From assembly GCA_036507075.1 (NCBI GenBank), contig DASXQR010000221.1:1-64000 (forward strand): 64,000 nt of DNA, in the 5' to 3' direction. The stretch is from Acidobacteriota bacterium (GTDB taxonomy: Bacteria > Acidobacteriota > UBA6911 > JACQSX01). The position numbers and the translations under genes were made by a program. Shown here piece by piece: positions 49,865 to 60,013 of this stretch; position 1 is the stretch's first letter; each line of letters starts with the position of its first letter. Under the pieces are notes generated by a model that was not told the DNA's origin, searched no databases, and worked only from the letters and a program-made list of their open reading frames with translations.

Positions 49865-50007
49865 CCGCGGGTGGATAGCTGCATTTTAGCTTCGTCCCGC
49901 CCCTATGGCCAAGAACCATTAACCTCTGTTTAGAACTTCTTCACCACAAAGACACAAAGGACACAAACCTGGAAGCTCACAACTTTGCGTCCTTCGTGTA
50001 ACAAGTT

Positions 50008-50112
50008 GGCAACTTCTTGTTTTTTTAGCAAGATTCTTTAACTAATGACCAATGACTAATGACCGATGACGTGTTTGGTTGCTCCCCTGCCGCGCTGTGT
50101 CTTTGTGGTGAG
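50008..50112. repeat. Interspersed modular repeat, copy 2
   Basis: Direct repeat of 45410-45513 at an offset of 4600 bp. Confidence 0.8.
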
Positions 50113-52677
50113 TTATTTCCGCCCCAGCAACCGGATTCGCGCCGTGAACACCCGGCTCTGAATGCCGCCAAACGTCATGAATTCCGGAGAATCGATGTTA
50201 TTGTTCACCACGGCTGGATTTTCATGGCCGGTTACATTGTTGAAACCGGCGCGCAGCGCCCATTGATGACCCGACAACCTGAAACGACGCTCCACGTGCA
50301 GATTGAGGATGAAGTAGTCAGGAAGGCGGTGAGTGTTGACCGCGCCGACAAGCCTCTGCTCTTCGTTGACCAGGCTGTACGGATAACCGCTGCGCCATTC
50401 CAGCAGATAGGCAAAGTCATATCCGTGGCGCAGCGGCAACCAGCCCCAGGACAGGAGGCGGTTGGGGGCATCCCAGGGAAGCGGTCCGCCTCCCTGCTGC
50501 GCGAAAATCGGATTGTCCAGATTGAAGTCGATCGCCGCGTTTGAGCGGGCCGACGAACGTGTGTAAGATGCCATCAGCCCGTACGTTTCCATATTCTTCT
50601 TGAGTGTGAATTCGAGCGAGTTGAATCGGTCCCGCTGAAAATTGCGCAATGTGTACAGCGCCTTTGCCGTTGACTCCTCGTCGGCTCTAACAAACGTAAA
50701 CGCACTGCCGCGCTTCTGAATGAACTCCACGCGCGCGTAAACGGACGCGGGGAGCATCCGCTCCAGAGCAAGGCTCCAATTGTGAAAGCGAGGAGCTCTC
50801 AACTGGCTTTCATTCACCTCGAAAGATGTCTCCAACGGCCTGCCTGGCGTCTGGCTGCCGGCGGGATAAAAAAGGTCGATGCGGCGGCCCTCCAGCGGAC
50901 GGGTAATGAAGGACAGGTTTGTCGCGTCGTGGAAAATGCCGATACCTGCTGAAAGTTTTGTGTTGCCACCCGGAAGCGTGCAGGTCGAAGCGAGCCGGGG
51001 AGAAACCGACGCCTGCCTTATGATCTGGTCCCAGTCGGATCGAATCCCCAGTTCCACGAGCAGCCATTCTGTCGGAGACCACCGGTCCTGCGCATAGCCG
51101 CTGAACTCGGAGTTATTCCTCCTTATCCCGGCCGTTCCGACAAATTCGATCCGCCTTGAAAGCGTGCCATTCTGCCGGTAAATGAAAATGGGGCGGTGCT
51201 CGGAGAACCGGTGAAACCGGATCTTGTCCGCGTCGATGCCCGTTTTAAATTCGTGCTTGCCGAGCCACTGATGGGGCTGAAAGATCAAATCGGCGATCCA
51301 CTGGAAGCGGCGAACATCTCCCTGCTCGCTTTTAAAGAAATTGCCGCTGTTTCCCTTGGGCCGAATCACGTAAGGGAGATTTCCCCGGGGACTCAAATCG
51401 TCATCGAACGTGTTGAATGCAAAGCCTATGCCCAGGATTACGCCCGAAAAGAGAATCTGGTCTTTCACTGTGAACAGGTATGCGGATCGATCCACGGTGC
51501 GGGTGGTTTCAACAGGATTGAACCGCGACAGGCCAAAGTGCGCCGAACGGAACCGGTTGACGAGCACGCTGGTGGTAAGAATATTCGACGCAGTCAGATT
51601 GGCCTGCACCTTGGTCAAATTACTGAATCTCCAGGTGCGGCTTGCGTCGGCGCCCGGCGGCAGTTCCTTAAACGCGTTCAGGTGTGTTTCGCCGTCCGTT
51701 GCATTAAAGAACCAGGCTCTTGCTTTCCGCAGCGGGCCGGACAAAGTTATGCGGGGTGTCCAGTCATCAATCTTCAGACCTCGATGGCTTTGAACGGATG
51801 GAACAAAATTGGTGGCGGAAAAGCGGAAATGGTCGTCGCCCATTCCGGTGGTCAAACTCACCGCTCCTCCTGATCCTTTGCCGTACTCGGCCGAGTAACG
51901 ACTCCCCTGCACCTCAATCTGCCTGAGCGCGTCGACGCTCACCCGCATTTCGAGCGCACCGGTTGCGGGATGAGTGATGTTGAAACCGTCGAGCTGGTCG
52001 AATATCTGGTGAGTGGCCGCGCCGTTGATATGAATCTGGCCGTTCGGATCGCGCAGCACCCCGGGGATGGTCGGCAGCACATTCCGGAAATCGCGCGTGG
52101 TGGGATATGGCAGGTTAACGATTTCGCGCGTGGTCAGGGATTCAGCGGAGGCCGTTTTCGCCGGATCGACCGTCGGCGGCGAATAGACTACTTCTGTATG
52201 TTCTGAGAATTCCTGAAAATGATTCAGCGTGATGGCCACCTGGTCGGACTGAGCCACGGAAATGTCGCTGCGTGATACCGCATAGAAGCCCTCCTTTTCC
52301 ACGCGGATGTCGTAGTCGCCCGATCGAAGCTGGAGGAACTCATAACGTCCGGCGTGGTCTGTTTCTCCTCTGAATACGGCGCGCGTATCTTTTTGAGAGA
52401 GAAATATCTGCGCTGCCGCAACGGCCACACCGTTTTCATCGGTCACAATTACGGCGAATCTGACGCTTTCGCTTCGGTCCGCCGGCCTCGCCGCCGGGCG
52501 CGCATCCTGCCCGCCTGGGCTTCCCTGTTCGCTCTGTTCCTGTGGCGGCACGGCATTCAGCCGCGTATTGGTCGCGCAGAAAATCATCAAGAGACAGGGA
52601 AGCGCCAGTGTCATCAGTGCGACAGTTTGTTGGGAAAAGTTAACCACCAGGATGTGATCATTGTAAACGATTTTCAC
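50113..52677 (-). CDS. TonB-dependent receptor with an N-terminal carboxypeptidase-regulatory-like domain
   Basis: VTDENG..GETDHAGRY..GDYDIRVEKEGF, plug motif YSAEYGKGSGG, barrel motifs YAQDRW, SPRL, NNVTGHEN. The exact start is uncertain. Confidence 0.85.
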   Translation of the reverse strand: MKIVYNDHILVVNFSQQTVALMTLALPCLLMIFCATNTRLNAVPPQEQSEQGSPGGQDARPAARPADRSESVRFAVIVTDENGVAVAAAQIFLSQKDTRAVFRGETDHAGRYEFLQLRSGDYDIRVEKEGFYAVSRSDISVAQSDQVAITLNHFQEFSEHTEVVYSPPTVDPAKTASAESLTTREIVNLPYPTTRDFRNVLPTIPGVLRDPNGQIHINGAATHQIFDQLDGFNITHPATGALEMRVSVDALRQIEVQGSRYSAEYGKGSGGAVSLTTGMGDDHFRFSATNFVPSVQSHRGLKIDDWTPRITLSGPLRKARAWFFNATDGETHLNAFKELPPGADASRTWRFSNLTKVQANLTASNILTTSVLVNRFRSAHFGLSRFNPVETTRTVDRSAYLFTVKDQILFSGVILGIGFAFNTFDDDLSPRGNLPYVIRPKGNSGNFFKSEQGDVRRFQWIADLIFQPHQWLGKHEFKTGIDADKIRFHRFSEHRPIFIYRQNGTLSRRIEFVGTAGIRRNNSEFSGYAQDRWSPTEWLLVELGIRSDWDQIIRQASVSPRLASTCTLPGGNTKLSAGIGIFHDATNLSFITRPLEGRRIDLFYPAGSQTPGRPLETSFEVNESQLRAPRFHNWSLALERMLPASVYARVEFIQKRGSAFTFVRADEESTAKALYTLRNFQRDRFNSLEFTLKKNMETYGLMASYTRSSARSNAAIDFNLDNPIFAQQGGGPLPWDAPNRLLSWGWLPLRHGYDFAYLLEWRSGYPYSLVNEEQRLVGAVNTHRLPDYFILNLHVERRFRLSGHQWALRAGFNNVTGHENPAVVNNNIDSPEFMTFGGIQSRVFTARIRLLGRK

Positions 52678-52707
52678 CCGCGTCAGAGCCGCGGGCGTCA
52701 GTTGAAT

Positions 52708-52834
52708 GCGGAGAGACGGCCTGAGGGCCGTCTCAGGGAATTAAATCTTACGTTTTGTGAGTAGAGAGGACGCTCAGGCCCTTTCTCCGCGATATAAGTA
52801 CCCGCCCGAGACGGCCCTCAGGCCGTCTCTCCGC
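52708..52834. repeat. Inverted pair of REP-like palindromes
   Basis: gcggagagacggcctgagggccgtctc (52708-52734) and its exact reverse complement (52808-52834), with a degenerate copy between them. Confidence 0.8.
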
Positions 52835-52879
52835 GATATGAGCGTCAGACCTGGGACTGCTACCTGTTTTCACGCATGA

Positions 52880-53491
52880 TCAGTTTTTCGGGACTGCCTG
52901 AACCGGCGCGCTTACCTGTAGTTTCCCCCAGAGGATCTTCAGTGTTACGTCCTTTATATCGGACTCTTTAGCAGAGAGCGTGACAGTGAGCTTATCGGCC
53001 GCTGTCTCTGCCTGCGAGGAGGTGACGGGAATCCTGAATTCGATTGGCGCGCGGTTGATCTCGAAAGCATCCAGGCCGGTTTTTCGGATTTTGGAAGGAT
53101 CGATGAAAGCCAGACTCCACACCGCCCCGTCATCGGAGCGGTGCAGGCCGAGATACCAGGCCCCTGCAGGGATATCGCGGCCTCCGATCTTCAGTGGAAT
53201 AGCGGTATCCAGAACCGTCCAAAAGTCCTTGCCCAGCCGCCAGACTTTTCCCCTGGTCATTTCCTCAAATTTCGCTTTGTTTTCGTACTCCTTTTTCCAG
53301 GTGGGACGGCCATAGTCGATGGCGAACTGGCCGGCGGCGGCATTTTTGGTCCTGTTCCAGTAAAGGATGCGGGCTGAGGCGCGTTCGTCGGGACCGCCGC
53401 CTTCGGCGATGATCGAATCCTTTTGCTGTTGGGCTCGAAGGGTTAACGAAAACAGCGCAAGCAATAAGAGGGACAAAAATCTGGATCTCAT
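52880..53491 (-). CDS. Secreted DUF2911-like protein
   Basis: Signal peptide, IDYGRP, VWRLG, IPAGAWYL, LKILWG. Start refined to 53491 (GAGGAGG RBS). Confidence 0.75.
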   Translation of the reverse strand: MRSRFLSLLLLALFSLTLRAQQQKDSIIAEGGGPDERASARILYWNRTKNAAAGQFAIDYGRPTWKKEYENKAKFEEMTRGKVWRLGKDFWTVLDTAIPLKIGGRDIPAGAWYLGLHRSDDGAVWSLAFIDPSKIRKTGLDAFEINRAPIEFRIPVTSSQAETAADKLTVTLSAKESDIKDVTLKILWGKLQVSAPVQAVPKN

Positions 53492-53649
53492 TGAAACCTC
53501 CTCAATTGAATGGGTTCTGAACCGGAATCCTTCATGCGCTCCCGGTCGCGGCGGCAATCTTCAGACGAAATTGTATTCGTACCAAGGCCTGACTTACAAA
53601 TCCCGGCTGGCTGGCGGCTGTTGCTACAATACTAGTGGAGTGTGACATT

Positions 53650-53838
53650 ATGGAAGAACCTGAAAACACGTTGATGCATGCGAATTGCGGCGGCAATGTG
53701 CGACGAGATGCGGAAAGCGACCACTACGTGTGCGACCAGTGCCATGCCGAAGCAGAGGGGGTTGTCAGTTCTGCCGAGAAAGTCCAGGGAAGACCGGAAG
53801 AGGTTATTCTCTGCAATCCGCATGATGCCGCCTTTTGA
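53650..53838 (+). CDS. Small acidic zinc-ribbon-like protein
   Basis: GGAG RBS, HANCGG...CDQC; fills the intergenic gap. Confidence 0.55.
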   Translation: MEEPENTLMHANCGGNVRRDAESDHYVCDQCHAEAEGVVSSAEKVQGRPEEVILCNPHDAAF

Positions 53839-53889
53839 CGGCAAGCCCGGGGATATTGCCTTAAGCGGGCCAAAGACGGACTCGTTGTA

Positions 53890-53982
53890 TTCACCGCAGA
53901 GCCGCAAAGAACGCCGAGTTTCCGCAGAGATTCCATTGCCGACCTCTGCGAAGCTTGGCGTCCTCGGCGACTCTGCGTTGAA
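53890..53982. repeat. Imperfect inverted repeat between convergent genes (possible terminator or REP-like element)
   Basis: ttcaccgcagagccgc..cgccgag..cgcagag pairs with ctctgcg..ctcggcgactctgcgttgaa. Confidence 0.55.
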
Positions 53983-54038
53983 AGTGATGTTCCGAATTAC
54001 TACCGAGGGGGCTGCGGAGAAGTGTCTGCCCCCCTGGC

Positions 54039-56201
54039 TTACTGCTTGACGAAGACCTGGTCGGTAACGCCGGTGTTGACCTTTATCTCCGTTATGGTGA
54101 CTTCGGCAAAGGGTTGGCCATTGCGCTTGGCCGTGCGCTTAAAGGGAAGGCGAACGCCGGAGACTTCACGGTAGTCCGAATAGTTCTCCTCTGCGTCCGC
54201 GGGAGCCCCGCCCGCCTTCGAAAGACGCGATTCGCGCAGCACCATTCCGGTATCGGCATCCAGATAGACCTTGATCGCGTGCTCGTTGGGGGTCTTCACC
54301 AATACCACATTGGCGCGGCGGCCATCGACATCGGCCTGTTCGAGAAATTGTGCCTGATAGCCGGGGGCGTCCAGATGGGTAAGCAGAAAGACGATGTCGG
54401 CCGCGATGGCATTCTGGAACTCAACGGCGTCGTCACTTGAAAGTTCCCTGGTGCCCTGCGGCGTCTTTGCCCAGGCGACTTGTCCATCGTAAACCTGCAA
54501 CACTTCACCGAAGGGCAAGGCGAGCTTATTTAGGATCTTGTTCGGGTACTTGATCGTAGTCTCATTCTTAATCGCGAATTCGCCCTGCGGAGTAATCAGC
54601 TTGGCATCGGCTTTCAAAACGATGTCCTTTACCGCATCCAACGCCTCGCCTCCCGTCGCCTTCCGAGCAGCCTGAAGGAGCGCTTTGCCTTTGGCCGCCG
54701 ACTCTGCCGTAGCCGCCGCCACGGGCGCCGCCTTGGGCTCCGGAATGGCGATATCTACCTTTGCCACTTCGCCCAGGCCGAGGCTGCCAAGCGGCGCGTC
54801 AAAATCTTTATCTCTCCCGGCCACCAGAAAGGCAAACTTTTCCGGGCGTAAGTGCTCCTTTGCAACGCGCAACAGATCGGCCTGCGTCACCTTTTCAACT
54901 CGCTGCTTGTATTGCAGCAGAAAATCCTTCGGATAGCCGAAGTATTCATAGCGCAGAAGACGGCCGATCACTTTGCCGGTGGTGTCAAAGTTGAAAATGA
55001 AAGAGTTCAAGATCGAATCTTTCGCGCGCATCAGCTCTTCATCGCTCACCTGTTCTTTTGAAAGCTTGTCGATTTCAGCGAGCAGGGTCTTGATGAACTT
55101 GACGGTCGACTCCGACTTTGTCTGGCCCCCCATAAAGAAGTAGCCGGGCGCGTCGAAGCCCGCATTCCAGTTGGCAAAGACCGAATATGCCAGGCCTTGT
55201 TTGTCCCGGATGTTGACGAAAAACCGCTCTCCCAGCACACGGTTAAGTGTGAGCAGCAGGAAATAATCGGGATCGCTCTGCTTGCCCCCCAGGTGGCCGA
55301 CGGCGACGTTGGATTGGTTGACATTCTCTTTGCTGATAAAGAAGACGCGGCCGCCCGGCTGGTAGTTCACCTGTGGCAGCGGCGGCACGTCGAGCCGCGT
55401 CCGCTGCCACTTGCCGAAATACGATTCGAGCTTCGCCCTCATCTCGTCGATCGTAAAATCGCCCCACACTCCGGCGATCACATTGTTGGGATGGTAGTAA
55501 CGCTTGTGGAACGCTATCAGGTCCTCGCGTGTAATGTTGTCGATCGTCCGGTACTCTTCGTTGCGGGCATATGGGCTGGTGGGACCGTAGACCAGCTTCT
55601 GAAATTCGCGATCCGTGATCTCTTGTATGTCGTCGTTGCGCCGGGCGATGGCGTCGCGGTGCTGGATCTTCTCCAGCTCGATCTTGTCCTCGCGGAATGC
55701 CGGATTCATCAGCACATCGGCCAGAATCCTCAAGCCCGTATCGAGGTCCTCTTTGAGCACCGACATCGAAGTGGAGCCTGATGTGTTGTCGGCAGAAGTC
55801 TCGACGGCCGCAGCGATCCGTTCCAACTCGTCATCAAGCTGATCGCCTGTCTTGCTTGTTGTGCCGCCGGTGCGCATCACGCTTGCGGCGATCGAAGCGA
55901 GACCCCCTTTATCAGCAGGATCCCAGCGGCCTCCGGTACGGACTAATGCCGACATATTGATAACGGGAAGCTCGTGGTCCTCGAGCATGTAGACGACCAT
56001 CCCGTTGGAAAGTTCCACTCGCACCGGTTCGGGAACTTTCCAGTCCCGCAGCCGCGGGTATTTGAGTTGCTTCGGGTCCGCAGGCGGCTGCGCGGCGCGC
56101 CCTGTCGCAGGCCCCTGCGCGGTCTTCTGGGCCAGCGCTTCAGAAATACTCAGAAGCATCAGTACCAGGAGGATGATTTTTATTGAAATCGATTTCTTCA
56201 T
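54039..56201 (-). CDS. M16 peptidase non-catalytic subunit with a C-terminal beta-rich extension
   Basis: LSNG..EDHELP, GLA..MRTGGT, no HxxEH, IRDKQGLAYSV; C-terminal YSDYREVSGVRLPF region. Confidence 0.85.
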   Translation of the reverse strand: MKKSISIKIILLVLMLLSISEALAQKTAQGPATGRAAQPPADPKQLKYPRLRDWKVPEPVRVELSNGMVVYMLEDHELPVINMSALVRTGGRWDPADKGGLASIAASVMRTGGTTSKTGDQLDDELERIAAAVETSADNTSGSTSMSVLKEDLDTGLRILADVLMNPAFREDKIELEKIQHRDAIARRNDDIQEITDREFQKLVYGPTSPYARNEEYRTIDNITREDLIAFHKRYYHPNNVIAGVWGDFTIDEMRAKLESYFGKWQRTRLDVPPLPQVNYQPGGRVFFISKENVNQSNVAVGHLGGKQSDPDYFLLLTLNRVLGERFFVNIRDKQGLAYSVFANWNAGFDAPGYFFMGGQTKSESTVKFIKTLLAEIDKLSKEQVSDEELMRAKDSILNSFIFNFDTTGKVIGRLLRYEYFGYPKDFLLQYKQRVEKVTQADLLRVAKEHLRPEKFAFLVAGRDKDFDAPLGSLGLGEVAKVDIAIPEPKAAPVAAATAESAAKGKALLQAARKATGGEALDAVKDIVLKADAKLITPQGEFAIKNETTIKYPNKILNKLALPFGEVLQVYDGQVAWAKTPQGTRELSSDDAVEFQNAIAADIVFLLTHLDAPGYQAQFLEQADVDGRRANVVLVKTPNEHAIKVYLDADTGMVLRESRLSKAGGAPADAEENYSDYREVSGVRLPFKRTAKRNGQPFAEVTITEIKVNTGVTDQVFVKQ

Positions 56202-57730
56202 CGCTTCTCCTCGTTCTGTTCTGCGCTCTTCTGAACCGGTTCTAGAACGCCCACAACCCGGTTGTTGCGCGTGAAATACTGGCGTGCCACACGCTGGATG
56301 TCAGCGGCCGTCACCGCATTGATTTTGTCAAGCTGGGTGAAGAGTTGGCGCCAGTTGCCGAGCTTCCCTTCGGCGTTCACCAGTTGGAATGCCAGTCCGG
56401 AGTTCGAGTTGAGCTGCCGGATCAGTCCCGCTTTTGCGCGCGTTTTAACCGCGCGCAGCGTCGGATCGTCGATCGGTTCGTTCTTGAGCCTTTCTATCTC
56501 GGCATCGATCGCCTGCTCTACCTCTGCGTTGGTATGTCCGGGGGCGGTGATTCCGAAAAGCAGGAACATATTTGGGTACTTTTCGCCCGGAAAGTTGTTG
56601 AAACCGCCGGCAAAGGACACGATCTTTTTGTCGCGTACCAGGCCGCGATAGAGGCGACTGGTGCGCCCCTGGCTGAGAATGTCCTGCATTACGTCGAATA
56701 CAACATCATCTTTGTCGGAGGCTGCGGGTTTGTGATAGGCCGCCACGTAGATCGGCTGCGACTGCTCGTAAATGGTGACGCGGCGTTCGCCCACCTGGGG
56801 CGGCTCGACCGTGTGGATTGGGTCGGGCTTGGGCACCTTCGGCAGGCGTCCAAAATAAGTTTCGGCCAGCCGGATTACTTCCTTTGGATCGACATCGCCG
56901 ACGATCGCGATCACCATGTTGCTGGCAACGTAATGCTTGCGGAGAAAATCTTCAGCCTCGGTGCGCGACAGTGTTTGCAGATCGCTCATGTGGCCTATGG
57001 TGGGTTCCTTGTAAGCATGCGCTTTGAAGCCTATCGACAGCACCTCTTCGATCAGCTTGCCGATCGGCTGGCTTTCCGTGCGCATCCGTCTCTCTTCCAT
57101 CACCACGTCGCGTTCTTTGTAGAAATCGCGCAGCACGGGACGCAGAAAGCGCTCAGACTCAAGGAGCATCCAAAGTTCCAGTTTGTTCGACGGAAGGCTG
57201 TAAAAGTACTGTGTGGAATCGGCCTGCGTGAAAGCGTTCAGCCCCTGACCGCCGGCCTGGCTTATGGTCTTCCCGAACCTGTCGCTGTCGACATATTTGC
57301 TTGCTTCCTCCTGGGCCGACTTGAAAGCCGCTTCCAGCTCTTTTAACTTATTCGGGTCGGCTTTGTCGCCCTTGAGTCTCTCGGCCCGGTATTTCTCATA
57401 GGTTGAATCGAGCCTTTCCAGCGCCGCTTTTTCTTTTGCGTAATCCTTCGAGCCGATCACCGGTGTACCTTTGAAGGCCATATGTTCGAACATATGTGCC
57501 ATGCCTGTGATACCGCGAGTCTCATTGACGCTGCCGGTATCGACATAGGTTTGGAACGAGACTGTAGGAACCTCGTGGCGCTCCAGAATGATCAATTTCA
57601 GTCCGTTCTTCAACGTATGCTCGGTCACCCGATCCTGGATTTTTTTGAAGCCCTCCTGAGCGAGCGCCGGCAGCGCGCACGCCAGCCACAGCGCGACGCA
57701 AACCACCGCTGATCGATGATTCTTGGGCAT
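56198..57730 (-). CDS. M16 (pitrilysin-family) zinc peptidase, catalytic subunit
   Basis: Signal peptide, GMAHMFEHMAFKG (HxxEH), NAFT, ERDVVMEERR. Confidence 0.92.
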   Translation of the reverse strand: MPKNHRSAVVCVALWLACALPALAQEGFKKIQDRVTEHTLKNGLKLIILERHEVPTVSFQTYVDTGSVNETRGITGMAHMFEHMAFKGTPVIGSKDYAKEKAALERLDSTYEKYRAERLKGDKADPNKLKELEAAFKSAQEEASKYVDSDRFGKTISQAGGQGLNAFTQADSTQYFYSLPSNKLELWMLLESERFLRPVLRDFYKERDVVMEERRMRTESQPIGKLIEEVLSIGFKAHAYKEPTIGHMSDLQTLSRTEAEDFLRKHYVASNMVIAIVGDVDPKEVIRLAETYFGRLPKVPKPDPIHTVEPPQVGERRVTIYEQSQPIYVAAYHKPAASDKDDVVFDVMQDILSQGRTSRLYRGLVRDKKIVSFAGGFNNFPGEKYPNMFLLFGITAPGHTNAEVEQAIDAEIERLKNEPIDDPTLRAVKTRAKAGLIRQLNSNSGLAFQLVNAEGKLGNWRQLFTQLDKINAVTAADIQRVARQYFTRNNRVVGVLEPVQKSAEQNEEKR

Positions 57731-57833
57731 AAATTCTCCTTCGTATAAGCTGGGTTTCTACAGACCGAACACTGTGGACTAAATTCTTATGTTTGGCAAG
57801 TGACCGCTTTGCCGCGGACCACTGGCACAGGAT

Positions 57834-58075
57834 GGCAACTTCTTTTATTTTTGCAAAGTTTTTCAAAGCCGTCCAAGTCCACGAGCACGTGCACGTCAAG
57901 GTCCACGATTACGTTTACGAACCCGCTCGGTTCGTCACAGACTGAGCAGAACTGAGGGGCTGTCTGTACGTTGTCGTGTTCGTGGACCTGAGACCTGGTC
58001 GTTGACGTGCACGTGCTCGTGAACGTGGACGGCTTTTTGGTTGCGCCTGCGGCCGGGCTGTGCCTTTGTGGTGAA
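57834..58075. repeat. Interspersed modular repeat, copy 3, carrying a hexamer-based inverted repeat
   Basis: Ends resemble copies 1 and 2. Inside, gccgtccaagtccacgagcacgtgcacgtcaa pairs with ttgacgtgcacgtgctcgtgaacgtggacggc. Confidence 0.65.
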
Positions 58076-58098
58076 GTCTTTCTGATAGAGAATACGGT

Positions 58099-59691
58099 AT
58101 GAAGATTCGATCCCTCAGCCTGTGCCTGCTGTTCATTTGCGCGGCATTATTCGGTCAGACCGGCCCGCCCGAATACGACATTCTGATCCGCAACGGCCGC
58201 ATTCTGGATGGCGCCGGAAATCCCTGGTTCCGCGGCGACGTCGGGATCCGGGCAGGGATCATCGAGGCGGTCGGCCTGTTGGACCGCGCCGCAGCACGCC
58301 GCACCATCGATGCCGCCGGCCATGTTGTCGCCCCGGGTTTCATTGACATTCACACCCACGCGCGGCGCGCCATCCTGGAGGTGCCCACCGCTGAAAACTA
58401 TATGCGGCAGGGAGTGACAACCTTGATCGAGGGCAACGATGGCAGTTCACCCCTGCCCTTGAAGCCCTTCCTTGACAGGCTTCGCGAAAAGGAAATCTCG
58501 CTCAACTTCGGCCTGTTCGTGGGGCAGGGTACGGTTCGCGAACGCGTCATGGGGTCTGTCAATCGCGCTGCGACGGCCGAAGAGCTGCAAAAGATGAAAG
58601 ATCTGGTTCGCGCGGCCATGGAAGATGGGGCTTTGGGCCTGAGCACGGGCTTGTTTTACGTCCCGGGGAATTTCACGCCGACGGAAGAGGTTGTCGAGCT
58701 GGCGCGAGTGGCTGGATGCCTGGGTGGTATTTATATCTCGCACATGCGCGATGAAACGGCAGGAGTGTTGGAGAGCGTTGCCGAGACGATTGCCATCGGG
58801 GAACGCGGTGGGCTGCCGGCTCAGATCACGCATCACAAAATCATCGGCCCCAAGAACTGGGGCCGCAGCGTGGAGACACTGCGGCTGATTGAAAACGCCC
58901 GCGCGCGCGGAGTCGACGTCACCCTCGATCAGTATCCTTATACTGCCTCCAGCACGGGCATCGCGTCTCTGCTGCCTCAATGGGCGCAGGAGGGCGGTCG
59001 CGATCAGATCCTGAAGAGACTTTCCGACCCGGCAACGCGCGCGCGAATCAAAGCCGTCGTCGAGGAAAACATACGTGACAACCGGGGCGGAGGAAACCCG
59101 GAAAACATCGTCATCTCTCGATGCGAATGGGACACCAGCCTGGAGGGAAAGAGCCTGGCGCGAATTACACGGGAGCGCGGCCGCGCCCCAAGTATTCCCA
59201 ATGCGGCGGAAACGGCAATGGATATCGTTACGCACGGTTCTGCCCAGGGGGTATTCCATGCCATAGATGAACGCGATGTGGAACGGATCTTGAAGTACCC
59301 GATGACCATGGTCGCTTCCGACGGCGAGGTGACAGTTCCCAGGCGCGGCGCCCCGCATCCGAGAAGTTATGGAACGTTTACCCGGGTGCTTGGCGTGTAC
59401 GTGAGAGAGAAACATACGCTGGCCCTGGAAGATGCAATTCGAAAAATGTCCTCGCTTCCTGCGCAGCGGATCGGTCTCAATGGTCGTGGCCTGCTGCGGC
59501 CGCGTATGAGAGCCGACATTGTCATCTTTGATCCCGAACGAGTGCGCGATCGCGCTACTTTTGCCAGCCCGCATCAGTACGCCGACGGCTTCACCTACGT
59601 ACTGGTCAATGGCGCACTGGTGCTCGACGACGGCAAAGTCACGGCTGCGCGGCCAGGGCAGATTCTGCTCGGGCCGGCGGCGCGCCGATAG
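58099..59691 (+). CDS. N-acyl-D-amino-acid deacylase (D-aminoacylase) family amidohydrolase, secreted
   Basis: PGFIDIHTH, STGLFY, SHMRDE, DQYPY, ASDG, HPRSYGTF, ADIVIFD. Confidence 0.9.
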   Translation: MKIRSLSLCLLFICAALFGQTGPPEYDILIRNGRILDGAGNPWFRGDVGIRAGIIEAVGLLDRAAARRTIDAAGHVVAPGFIDIHTHARRAILEVPTAENYMRQGVTTLIEGNDGSSPLPLKPFLDRLREKEISLNFGLFVGQGTVRERVMGSVNRAATAEELQKMKDLVRAAMEDGALGLSTGLFYVPGNFTPTEEVVELARVAGCLGGIYISHMRDETAGVLESVAETIAIGERGGLPAQITHHKIIGPKNWGRSVETLRLIENARARGVDVTLDQYPYTASSTGIASLLPQWAQEGGRDQILKRLSDPATRARIKAVVEENIRDNRGGGNPENIVISRCEWDTSLEGKSLARITRERGRAPSIPNAAETAMDIVTHGSAQGVFHAIDERDVERILKYPMTMVASDGEVTVPRRGAPHPRSYGTFTRVLGVYVREKHTLALEDAIRKMSSLPAQRIGLNGRGLLRPRMRADIVIFDPERVRDRATFASPHQYADGFTYVLVNGALVLDDGKVTAARPGQILLGPAARR

Positions 59692-59989
59692 AATGCGGAA
59701 TGTTGAATGCGGAATGCGGAATGTTGAATGCGGAATGGGGAATGGGGAATGGGGAATGGGGAATGGGGAATGCGGAATGTTGAATGCGGAATGCGGAATG
59801 GGGAATGGGGAATGGGGAATGCGGAATGCGGGATGCTGAATATGGGAATGCCATATATATCCAAAGTTTCCTAACTGAGATCAAAATCAATCCCAATTCC
59901 GCATTCCGAAATCCGCATTTAAAACAGATTTCACTATCGTCCTCTATATCAATCCCCGATTCCGCATTCCGAAATCCGCATTTAAAACA
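59691..59989. repeat. Heptamer tandem array (GAATGCG/GAATGGG/GAATGTT) with downstream complementary repeats
   Basis: More than 20 heptamers at 59691-59851, then two copies of attccgcattccgaaatccgcatttaaaaca (about 59896 and 59959). Confidence 0.85.
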
Positions 59990-60013
59990 TCCCACACTGT
60001 ATCTCGTGTTAAA

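Noticed and set aside
57793..57838. Two sigma-54-like sites (TGGCAAGTGACCGC, TGGCACAGGATGGC)
   Set aside because: GG-to-GC spacing is one base short of the strict requirement.
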